Assembly (NCBI GenBank): GCA_963765495.1
Contig: CAVXWP010000001.1
Span: forward strand, 800,001-864,000
DNA from: Blastocatellia bacterium
GTDB lineage: Bacteria; Acidobacteriota; Blastocatellia; UBA7656
Direction: 5' to 3'
Length of the DNA: 64,000 nt
A program made the position numbers and the translations under genes. Positions within the stretch are counted from its first letter, which is position 1, and each line of letters begins with the position of its first letter. Shown piece after piece: positions 29,390 through 38,155 of the stretch. Under the pieces are notes generated by a model, which ran no database searches, was not told where the DNA came from, and worked only from the letters and a program-made list of their open reading frames with translations.

Positions 29390-29670
29390 CCAGCTCTACC
29401 CTGGATTATTCAATCTGGGGGGTGAACCGTTTTCCGTAAACTTGAAGTCTGCCGTAGAAAAACAGCGCCTAGAGAATAACGTCTGACCTTCGATTTGTCA
29501 TCAGACCAGAGGAGAGGATTTGGCTACAACTTTCGATCTAAGCAGAGGTAATACTGTGCGGGATTCGAGATTTGAGATCTGAAATTTGAGACCTGATCCC
29601 CGAGTTTGAAATTTTCTCTTTAAAAGAAAACAGGTCTTTACCTTACGCCTCACGCATCACGTCTCACGCA

Positions 29671-30588
29671 TCAATGCGTGGTTTTTGGCTTTAAGCTTTC
29701 GATAAAATCGCGGTCTTTCGTCCCCTGATGACAGACCATGCAGGATTGCTGGCCTCGCTCTTCGAGGTCGCTCACGAGCGCGTAGGTCAATCCGCGATCC
29801 GACCAGGTCATCACTTTCAGCCCGTCTATCGAATCGTAATGAAATGTGATCCCCTTTGAGGTTATCTCTTCGCCGCCCGACGGGTGCGCTACGGTGGCCG
29901 AAGTGACTACGAGGCTGATGGGGCGCTGCCGCATCTGGTAGGCGACATAAGCGGCATAATCGTTTTTGAAACCTACAAGCCGCGCGCCTTCCAGTTGATA
30001 AAGTTTTTCCTGCCCGGATGATTCCTGATACGCGGGCAGCCTGAAACTGAACGGGACTTTGCCCTTGAACCAGTCGGATATTTCTTCAGGCGAGAGGCTC
30101 GCGATCTCAAGTGGAAGCTGACCTCGCAGGTGTCTGAGGTGAGTGTCTACGGCCATGACGGCGAACTCTGATGGGGGGAGCGGGCGCGAGATATCTTTGC
30201 GGTTGATGCCCGCCCAGATGCCAAGCGCAGCGAGGACGACAAGCAAAACGGCAAGCACCGCCACCTGGCGGGCATAGCGGAATCGGGACGCGAAGGGCGC
30301 GCCTCGCCGGACCGCTTTCTGCACGCGACGGCGCAGCCCGGAAGGTGCCGTATAGGTCGGCTCTGCCTTATCCAGTAGCTGCTCTACTCGGGCGCGAAGC
30401 TCGGGCGGGGCCTCGTGAAGTGGGCGTGACTGCCGTATGTTTTCCAGAAAGCGCCGTTCATCTTCTATCGCAGCGCGACAGGCGGCGCACTGGCTGAGGT
30501 GCGACTGAAAACTGGCAAGCTCGCTGCCGCGCAATTCGTCGTCCAGATAAAATGCCATCCGTCCGTGATTTTCTTCACATTGATTCAT
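29671..30588 (-). CDS. Transmembrane anti-sigma factor (zf-HC2) with C-terminal CxxCH
   Basis: YLDDEL...HLSQCAAC, one TM and a periplasmic domain ending SCMVCHQG. Confidence 0.85.
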   Translation of the reverse strand: MNQCEENHGRMAFYLDDELRGSELASFQSHLSQCAACRAAIEDERRFLENIRQSRPLHEAPPELRARVEQLLDKAEPTYTAPSGLRRRVQKAVRRGAPFASRFRYARQVAVLAVLLVVLAALGIWAGINRKDISRPLPPSEFAVMAVDTHLRHLRGQLPLEIASLSPEEISDWFKGKVPFSFRLPAYQESSGQEKLYQLEGARLVGFKNDYAAYVAYQMRQRPISLVVTSATVAHPSGGEEITSKGITFHYDSIDGLKVMTWSDRGLTYALVSDLEERGQQSCMVCHQGTKDRDFIESLKPKTTH

Positions 30589-30630
30589 AGCACTTCGATA
30601 CACCCTCTCGTCCGAACGAGTCAATTTGAT

Positions 30631-31203
30631 TCAGGCTCTTTTCGCGTGCAGAGGTTTCGGCTCTCTTCCACTTTGCCACTGATAAAGCAGTTGCCTGAGT
30701 TTCTCTCTGGCCCGTCCAAGTCGGCTCATCACTGTTCCGGCGGGGCACTCCAGAATGCCCGCTATTTGCTGATAACTGAAGCCTTCGATATCGCGCAGGA
30801 CGATGACCTCGCGATATAGATCGGGCAGACTCGCAATCGCATCCCGCATCTCTTCGCGCTCCACCTTGCTGACATAGACCGCGTACGGGTCGCACGCTTT
30901 CTGGTCAAGCCACCACGACTCGTTCTCTGCTTCGGAATCGAGTTCGACAAACTGGGGTCCGCTCCGATGATGGCGAAGCTGGTTGAGCCAGATGTTTCGC
31001 ATGATGGCAAAAAGCCAGCTCTTGAGATTGCTGTCAGGCATCAACTGCCCAAATGCTCGAACGGCCCTCAGATACGTCTCTTGCACGAGGTCTTCCGCTT
31101 CGGTCCGATCACGGGTGAGCGTCATGGCAAATCCATAGAGCGGATCGAGGTGCGCGAGCGCCGCCTGAGAAAACTCCGATGTGCGCATATTGGATTTGCT
31201 CAT
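30631..31203 (-). CDS. ECF sigma factor
   Basis: AEDLVQETYLRA, WLF.I.RN and SYQQIAGILECPAGTVMSRL.RAR. Confidence 0.92.
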   Translation of the reverse strand: MSKSNMRTSEFSQAALAHLDPLYGFAMTLTRDRTEAEDLVQETYLRAVRAFGQLMPDSNLKSWLFAIMRNIWLNQLRHHRSGPQFVELDSEAENESWWLDQKACDPYAVYVSKVEREEMRDAIASLPDLYREVIVLRDIEGFSYQQIAGILECPAGTVMSRLGRAREKLRQLLYQWQSGREPKPLHAKRA

Positions 31204-31244
31204 ATCAGGATTATCCGTATCGCGATTTCCGCGACCTCTTAATA

Positions 31245-31270
31245 TAACACGCTACGGGCCGAAATATTCC
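31245..31270 (-). promoter_or_regulatory. ECF-type promoter for the sigma/anti-sigma genes
   Basis: GGAATA-N13-CGTGTTA. Confidence 0.65.
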
Positions 31271-31307
31271 CGGTCTGGCAGTTTTTCCGCCACAGCGAAA
31301 TAGGCGT

Positions 31308-31333
31308 GGAATAAATCCGGGCCTCGCGTGTTA
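31308..31333 (+). promoter_or_regulatory. ECF-type promoter for the cytochrome operon
   Basis: GGAATA-N13-CGTGTTA; same boxes and spacing as the divergent copy. Confidence 0.65.
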
Positions 31334-31519
31334 TTACAGGTGCGGCCGAATTATTAAAGCGGCACAAGGCCGAAATCAAGCAACTCAATTCTACTGACAT
31401 TGCGCCCTTGCGCTATTCAAGAGAGGGCATTTTTACAATACGCTGCGAATATGCAGGCGTGCGAAAGTGGGCAAAGAGAGGCGTGAGACTCCCTTGCCAT
31501 GAGAATCAGGAGGAAGCAG

Positions 31520-32740
31520 ATGACCAAGATAGCTGGTTTACGGCGGCGGCTGTTGATGAAGCTTGTGGCGCTCGCGCTCTTTTCGGCAGCAGCGGCAGCC
31601 CTGATGAGCGGCGGCGGAAGTCGACATCAAGTGGAAGCAGCCGCGCCGCAGGTGAAGAAGTTTCAGATGAAAGTTCCTCTGGGATTGCCTGCCGATATGT
31701 GGGAGGCGATGGTGCCGCCGAGTAATCCCATTACCGAAGAGAAGGTCGCCCTGGGCGAAAAGCTCTATTTCGACAAGCGCCTTTCAGTTGACCGCACGGT
31801 CAGTTGTGCTACCTGTCACGACCCGGCTACGGCGCTCGCCGATCACAACATGGTCGGCGTAGGCATCGAGAACAAAAAAGGTGCGCGCAATTCGCCCACC
31901 GTACTCAACGCCATGTTCAATGAGGCGCAGTTCTGGGACGGACGCGCTCCTTCGCTTGAAGAACAGTCGAAACTCCCTATCATCAACTCGGTCGAGATGG
32001 GCATGAAAGATCACCCGGCGGTCGTAGAGCGCGTGCGAAGCCTTTCCGAATATCAGCCGCTGTTTGCCAAAGCCTTTCCCGGCGAAGAGATCAACATCGA
32101 CACGATAGCAAAAGCCATAGCCTCGTTCGAGCGTACGCAGCTATCGGGCAACTCTCCGTTTGACCGCTTCATGGCGGGCGATCAAAACGCGATGTCGGCT
32201 GCGGCAAAGCGCGGCTGGGACCTCTTCAACAACAAGGCCCGCTGCATAAGCTGCCACGCCTTTAACCCGTCAGCGCCCTTCTTCAGCGATTTCAAGTTTC
32301 ACAACATAGGCGTCGCGGCCAAAGATCAAAACTTCGATTCTCTCGCCCGCCGCGCACAGCAAATCACGGCCTCAGACCCCAGCAGCGTGCAACTCGTAGA
32401 CGAGCTTGCGCTCTCTCCGGGCTTTTCCGAACTCGGGCGATACCTTGTCACAAAACAGCAGAGAGACATCGGCTCGTTCAAGACCTCTATGCTGCGCGAC
32501 ATAGAATTGACCGCGCCCTACATGCACAACGGGTCTGAAAAGACTCTGCTCGATGTGGTCAAGTTTTATGACAAGGGCGGAGAGCTAAATGCGAATCTTG
32601 ACGGCGGCATGCGCCCGCTCAAGCTGACCGATCCGGAGATGAACGATCTGGTAGAGTTTTTGAAGGCTCTCACAAGCGATGACACGCGCCAGAAGGTCAA
32701 GAGCGCCAAAGCGCAAACGCGCGCGCCGTTCCCGAATTAA
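31520..32740 (+). CDS. Di-heme cytochrome c peroxidase / MauG-family protein
   Basis: LG.KLYFDKRLS, CATCH, RNSPT, QFWDGR, CISCH and TAPYMHNG; signal peptide; AGGAGG RBS. Confidence 0.9.
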   Translation: MTKIAGLRRRLLMKLVALALFSAAAAALMSGGGSRHQVEAAAPQVKKFQMKVPLGLPADMWEAMVPPSNPITEEKVALGEKLYFDKRLSVDRTVSCATCHDPATALADHNMVGVGIENKKGARNSPTVLNAMFNEAQFWDGRAPSLEEQSKLPIINSVEMGMKDHPAVVERVRSLSEYQPLFAKAFPGEEINIDTIAKAIASFERTQLSGNSPFDRFMAGDQNAMSAAAKRGWDLFNNKARCISCHAFNPSAPFFSDFKFHNIGVAAKDQNFDSLARRAQQITASDPSSVQLVDELALSPGFSELGRYLVTKQQRDIGSFKTSMLRDIELTAPYMHNGSEKTLLDVVKFYDKGGELNANLDGGMRPLKLTDPEMNDLVEFLKALTSDDTRQKVKSAKAQTRAPFPN

Positions 32741-32761
32741 TCGGAAAGGAGATGATCAGAA

Positions 32762-33910
32762 ATGAATCCTTTGAAATGGATCAAGCGCCGCCAGGAGTAT
32801 CTGAGCGAGCGCGAGACGTGGCTCGATCAATTGATGACGGCGGGCCGGATGGAAGAGGGGCGGCGCAAGTTCATGAAGATGGCGGCGATGGCCGCGACCG
32901 CGGCTGCCGGAAAATATATTCCGCACTCTTTCCAGCTTGTAGACGTAGTCAGCGCCGCAGGGTCGCAAACGGCTTCGGGTTCCGAGCCTGCCTTTACCTT
33001 CGCCTACATATCGGATTCGCACCTCTACGAAAAGAAACTCAACGAGCGGTTCGTGCGCCAGCTTGAACGCGCCGTGGCCGATGTGAACGCGCTCGACCCG
33101 CAGCCCGACTTCGTGCTTTACGGGGGGGATCTTGCGCAACTCGGCCAGCCGGGCGAATTGAAACTGGGCGCAGAAGTACTCAAAGCCCTGAAAGCGCCCG
33201 TCCGAATGATGGTGGGCGAGCACGACTGGTTTCTCGATATGGGCGATCTGTGGAAAGAGATGTTTGGCCCGCCTTACTATTCATTCGATCACAAAGGCGT
33301 TCACTTCATCACATTGATGAGCGTAAACGAGGCCGATTTCTGGACCCCTCTGGGGCTTACTCCGATGCAGCGAATGCAGATAGTCGCCGGCCTTGACGAT
33401 GGCCGCCAGAGCCGGTTCGAGGTGGGCGAAGAGGGGCGCGCGTGGCTCAAGCAAGACCTTGCGAAAGTTCCCACCAGTGCTCCCGTCGTGGTCTTTTCTC
33501 ATTCGCCGCTCTACAAATACTATCGCGACTGGAATTTCTGGACCGAAGATGCCGAACAGGTGCAGGCGCTTTTGAAGCCATACAATTCGGTCACGGTCAT
33601 TCACGGTCACACGCATCAGGTGCTGACGAACAGAATCGGAAACATCCATTTTCACGGTATGCTCGCGACCGCGTGGCCCTGGCCTTATGCGCCTTCGGGG
33701 CTGCCGCGCCTTACCGTGATGATGAACCGGTCAGACCCGTTCAATCAGGTAGACGGGATGGGCGACGGCACTTTTCAAGTCAACAAAACGGGCGGCGTAG
33801 ATATGCATTACAACCTGTGGAATCGCAACCCCCTGATAGTCTCCGAGCGTTACCTGGCTTCAAACGGCGCTGAAGACGTACCGGCGAAAACCACTCTACC
33901 GTCCTATTGA
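32762..33910 (+). CDS. Calcineurin-like metallophosphoesterase with probable Tat signal
   Basis: DSH, GGD, GEHD, H and HGHTH metal motifs; GRRKFMK twin-arginine. Confidence 0.85.
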   Translation: MNPLKWIKRRQEYLSERETWLDQLMTAGRMEEGRRKFMKMAAMAATAAAGKYIPHSFQLVDVVSAAGSQTASGSEPAFTFAYISDSHLYEKKLNERFVRQLERAVADVNALDPQPDFVLYGGDLAQLGQPGELKLGAEVLKALKAPVRMMVGEHDWFLDMGDLWKEMFGPPYYSFDHKGVHFITLMSVNEADFWTPLGLTPMQRMQIVAGLDDGRQSRFEVGEEGRAWLKQDLAKVPTSAPVVVFSHSPLYKYYRDWNFWTEDAEQVQALLKPYNSVTVIHGHTHQVLTNRIGNIHFHGMLATAWPWPYAPSGLPRLTVMMNRSDPFNQVDGMGDGTFQVNKTGGVDMHYNLWNRNPLIVSERYLASNGAEDVPAKTTLPSY

Positions 33911-33981
33911 GGGATGAGGGATGAGGGATGAGGGATGAAACAGATGCTCTCTCATCCTCTTGATGAAAAGGAGCGGAGATA

Positions 33982-34740
33982 ATGAGAAGGAGAGACCTGT
34001 TAAAAACGGTTATGCTTGTTGTCTTTTTGATGGGCGGAGTCGCTTATCTCAGAAGCGTGCACGCGCAGCAACAGCAGCCAAAGCATCCGCCTGTACCCGG
34101 CGACCCCAAGAGTCTGGTCGTGCAGCTTTGCGACGGAAAGACAAATCTTGAAGTGCCGGGCGTGGCACCTGACGCGCGGCTGTCACCTGACGAGGCGCAG
34201 GCCGTATCCGATAAATTGATGCAGATGTGGATGGGCAAACAGGACCCGACTGTTGCAGCCGCCTGGGCGAGCGAGGCCGCCGAGCAGTCGGATCGGCAAA
34301 AGAATCCGTCTCAAAAACAGGAGTCGATGAAGGATGACAAGACCGCCCCGAAACAGGATACGAGTCGCGGCCCGCTGACTCTTGTGACCGAGCAGGTAGC
34401 GCCCTTCAGCCCGCGTGACAACGTAGTCTGGGACCGCGAGGTATCGAAGGAAGTCGAGTACGGCAATAAGCTTTTTCACGATGACAAACTGATCGGCAGC
34501 ACAAACGGGATAGCCTGCGCGATGTGTCATCCAAATGCTTCGAATACGCATCCTGAGACTTATCCGAAGTTTCAGGTGCAGCTTCAGCGCGTAGCCCTGT
34601 TGCGCGACATGATCAACTGGTGCATCGAAAACCCCGCGCGAGGCAAGACGCTTGCTGCGGACGATCCGAAGATGCGCGCGCTTGAAGCCTACATTTTATG
34701 GCAACGGAGGGGCGTTGCCATGGCTCCGGGAAAACACTAA
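33982..34740 (+). CDS. Monoheme c-type cytochrome (SoxA/TsdA-like domain)
   Basis: CAMCH, then YPKF...L.DMINWC...G..L..DD..M.ALEAY; N-terminal signal. Confidence 0.75.
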   Translation: MRRRDLLKTVMLVVFLMGGVAYLRSVHAQQQQPKHPPVPGDPKSLVVQLCDGKTNLEVPGVAPDARLSPDEAQAVSDKLMQMWMGKQDPTVAAAWASEAAEQSDRQKNPSQKQESMKDDKTAPKQDTSRGPLTLVTEQVAPFSPRDNVVWDREVSKEVEYGNKLFHDDKLIGSTNGIACAMCHPNASNTHPETYPKFQVQLQRVALLRDMINWCIENPARGKTLAADDPKMRALEAYILWQRRGVAMAPGKH

Positions 34741-34822
34741 GGGCAGGGTGACCGGAGCCCGAACAGGATTAACAGGATTCTCCTCCTTCGCTTTCAAATC
34801 CTGTTAATCCTGTCAAAAAAAA

Positions 34823-36166
34823 CTATATATCCAGTTTGCGTCTGATCTCCGCTTTATCGGCGGCCACGCGGATGGGGCGATTCGCAAGGTTACCTTCGAT
34901 TCGCGTCTGTTTGCCCTCTTGTTCGCTCTCTTCTTCCAGCACAAGATTGCCGGTGTGATAGCCTATCGTATAGTTCGGGTCTTTCAGCAGATTGCCCGTC
35001 AGCACGCCTATTACACTTTCATATGAACGGATGGTACCCGCAGTCACAAGTCGGCGCAGACCCGCAAGAGTGGCGGCTGAGGCGGGCTCGCAGCCTATGC
35101 CGTCGCTGCCTATCACGGCCTTTGCGTCGGCGATCTCCTGTTCGGTTACGCGCTCGACAACGCCATCGGTCAGCCGAACGGCGCGCAGGGCTTTCTTCCA
35201 CGAAACGGGATTGCCTATCTTTATCGCGGTAGCAAGCGTCGAAGGATGAGCGCGAGCTTTGAAGACCGAGCGATCCTCGGAAGCGAACAGGTCATAAAAC
35301 GGCGATGCGCCTTCGGCCTGAATTATCGCCATACGAGGCAGCCGGTCGAGAAATCCCAGCGTAAAGAGTTCGTCAAGCGCCTTGCCGAACGAAGACGAGT
35401 TCCCGAGGTTCCCGCCCGGAACCACTATCCAATCCGGGGCCTGCCAGTCGAGTTGTTCCATCATCTCGATTATGATCGCCTTCTGACCTTCGAGCCGGAA
35501 CGGGTTGATCGAGTTCAAAAGATAGATATCGGTTTCGCTTGCGAGTTCGCGCACGATTCGCATAGCGTCATCGAAATTGCCTTCGATTTCGATGACGGTC
35601 GCGCCGTATTCGAGCGATTGCGCGAGCTTGCCGTAAGAGATCTGACTGGCGGGAATAAAGACGAAGGCGCGCATTTCGGCGCGCGCGGCGAAGGCTGCCA
35701 TCGAGGCCGACGTGTTGCCCGTAGACGCGCAGGCGACAGCCGTGGCCCGGAGCGCGCGAGCCTGAGTCACGCCCGTCGTCATGCCGTTATCCTTGAAAGA
35801 CCCCGTGGGGTTCATCCCCTGATGCTTAAAACTGACCCGTTCGAGACCGGCGAAACGGGCCGACCGCGCCGCCGTATAGATCGGCGTATTGCCTTCCGAG
35901 AGCGTGATTATATCGTCTGTGTCGGTGACGAAAGGGAGCAACTCCCGGAAGCGCCACACGCCGCTCCGGTCAATATGAGTCTCGCTCGTCTTTCGAGATT
36001 TAAAGAGCGATTTCAGGTCTTCCGCACGGGGCAGATCGAAATCGTATACGACATCGAGCAAGCCCCCGCACTCGGGGCAGGTATAAATTCTCTGATCGAT
36101 CGCTTGTTGAGCGCGGCACTCGGGTTCTATGCAGCCGAGATGCGCGCTCGTCGGGTTTGTCCTCAT
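34823..36166 (-). CDS. thrC: Threonine synthase
   Basis: EGNTP, NPTGSFKD, CASTGNTSAS, NSINPFRLEGQK and PGGNLGN. Confidence 0.93.
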   Translation of the reverse strand: MRTNPTSAHLGCIEPECRAQQAIDQRIYTCPECGGLLDVVYDFDLPRAEDLKSLFKSRKTSETHIDRSGVWRFRELLPFVTDTDDIITLSEGNTPIYTAARSARFAGLERVSFKHQGMNPTGSFKDNGMTTGVTQARALRATAVACASTGNTSASMAAFAARAEMRAFVFIPASQISYGKLAQSLEYGATVIEIEGNFDDAMRIVRELASETDIYLLNSINPFRLEGQKAIIIEMMEQLDWQAPDWIVVPGGNLGNSSSFGKALDELFTLGFLDRLPRMAIIQAEGASPFYDLFASEDRSVFKARAHPSTLATAIKIGNPVSWKKALRAVRLTDGVVERVTEQEIADAKAVIGSDGIGCEPASAATLAGLRRLVTAGTIRSYESVIGVLTGNLLKDPNYTIGYHTGNLVLEEESEQEGKQTRIEGNLANRPIRVAADKAEIRRKLDI

Positions 36167-36332
36167 AGCAGGTAGGTTAGTTGAGATGCCGCAGCAAAAT
36201 CAAAGTGATTCGTGACGAGTGACGAGTGAAAAAAATCGGCTCTTTCTCGATTCAACAGATATTTTCAGTTCTTTGCTTGCCTGCTGCCTCAATTGACAAT
36301 AGGGCCTTGCGCAAATTAGATTCTTACTGATC

Positions 36333-36881
36333 ATGAAAACAATCCTGATTTCACTTGTAATGATGATAGCTGCCGTGAGTGTTTACGGGCAGTTGCGCGC
36401 GCCGGCCAAAGAGCTGAAGGTGGGCGACAAAGCGCCCGATTTCGCGCTGCCAAACCCTGACGGCAAGATAGTAACTTTATCGGAGTACACAGCGCGCGGC
36501 CCCGTGATAGTGCTCTTCTACAGAGGTTACTGGTGAGCCGCCTGCACGATGCAACTCACCAGGCTGGCTGAGGATTACGACAAGATCAAGCAGGCGGGCG
36601 CAGACCTTGTAGCCATAAGCGTCGACGACCCGTCGTTCGCGTGGTCAATGGGTCAGACTACGGGGGCGAAATTTCAGTTACTCTCGGATACGGATCATAA
36701 GGTGATAGAAACCTACGGGGTTCTCAATCCGAACGAACACGGCGGCATCGCTCACCCTTCGGTCTTCATAGTTGATAAGGAAGGGCATATCAGATTCCTC
36801 TACGTGGGGAAAAACCCTACTGATCGCCCTCCCGACGAAGAGATAATCACAGAACTGAAGAAGGTCATGGCCGCCAAATAA
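36333..36881 (+). CDS. Exported AhpC/TSA peroxiredoxin-like protein, probable selenoprotein (UxxC)
   Basis: VGDKAPDF...FYRGYW-TGA(36534-36536)-AAC continues in frame to AISVD, LLSD and PSVFIVDKEG. Confidence 0.8.
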
Positions 36882-37075
36882 AGAAGTGATGCGTGATTCG
36901 TGATTCGTGATTCGTGATTGTCAGGCAGGTCACAGACTTGAGACGATTTGCAAACCCGGCAAATCGCGCATCACGCATCACTCCCCGCGCATAGGGTTGT
37001 ATAACTCATCTTACGGGCGTAGAATCCAGTCACTTTTATTACCTTTACAGCCTGTTACAACAAGGAGGTAGAGCT

Positions 37076-38056
37076 ATGCCTGAAATAACCGATCCGCCGC
37101 CCCAGAAGATAGCAGACGAACTTGGCGAATTGCAGCTTGATCTTGATGCCCGGATTCCTTCCAAGGCGCTCGACCGCAATCTGCTGATCGCCACATGGAA
37201 CCTGAGGGCTTTTGGTGATTTGACTGAGAAATGGGCGTCTACGGAAAACGATACGCCCAAGCGGGATTTGCAGTCTCTCTTGAGCATAGCTGAAATCGTT
37301 TCGCGTTTTGATGTGATCGCGATACAGGAGGTGCACGGCAAGATCAAATCGCTCAGGCACATGCTGAAGAAGCTCGGCCCGCACTGGAGCTTTACTTTGA
37401 CCGATGTGACCAAAGGCGATGAGGGCAACAATGAGCGCATAGCCTTTCTGTTTGACACCCGCAAAGTGAATTTATCGGGGCTTGCCTGCGAGCTTGTCGT
37501 GCCGCTTGAAGAGCTACAGGCGGTTGCTGTGGGCAGCCTAACAAAACAGTTTGCGCGCACGCCTTATGCCGTCAGTTTCCGTTGTGGAAGCAAGACCTTT
37601 ATCCTTGTGACGTTGCACGTGCTTTACGGCAAAAAAGCCGATGACCGGCTGTCTGAACTCCGCGCGATTGCGCGCTGGATAGCCGACTGGGCCAGAGACA
37701 TCAATGCCTTTGATCAAAACTTGATCGTGCTGGGCGACTTCAACATTGATAGAAAGGACGACAAACTCTATCAGGCATTCACATCGACCGGATTGGAAGT
37801 GCCCGCGGATTTGAACGCGGTGCCGAGGACGATCTTCAGCGATCAGAACGACCCGAGCGGAGGCAAGTTTTACGATCAGATAGCGTGGTTCACAGGGAAA
37901 AACGGCGCGCCTGCCCTCTCGCTCAACTATTCGCGAGGCGGCTTCTATGATTTCGTGGGCAATGTCTTAAAGACAAGGAATCTGACAAAATCGCAGCTAT
38001 CCTGGCGCATATCTGACCACTATCCGCTATGGACCGAGTTTTTGATCAGAGATTGA
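37076..38056 (+). CDS. Endonuclease/exonuclease/phosphatase family (DNase I-like)
   Basis: ATWNL, IAIQEV, GDFN, YDQI and SDHYP. Confidence 0.88.
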   Translation: MPEITDPPPQKIADELGELQLDLDARIPSKALDRNLLIATWNLRAFGDLTEKWASTENDTPKRDLQSLLSIAEIVSRFDVIAIQEVHGKIKSLRHMLKKLGPHWSFTLTDVTKGDEGNNERIAFLFDTRKVNLSGLACELVVPLEELQAVAVGSLTKQFARTPYAVSFRCGSKTFILVTLHVLYGKKADDRLSELRAIARWIADWARDINAFDQNLIVLGDFNIDRKDDKLYQAFTSTGLEVPADLNAVPRTIFSDQNDPSGGKFYDQIAWFTGKNGAPALSLNYSRGGFYDFVGNVLKTRNLTKSQLSWRISDHYPLWTEFLIRD

Positions 38057-38083
38057 AGCTGCTCAGAAAGAGAGAAAATCTGT

Positions 38084-38151
38084 CACGGCAGGCGCAGAGA
38101 CACAGAGAGAAGTTTTTGTAAACTTTTCTCTGTGTCTCTGTGTCTGCCGTG
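38084..38151. terminator. Long hairpin between convergent genes (bidirectional terminator or REP-like)
   Basis: CACGGCAGGCGCAGAGACACAGAGA pairs with TCTCTGTGTCTCTGTGTCTGCCGTG. Confidence 0.6.
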
Positions 38152-38155
38152 GGTA

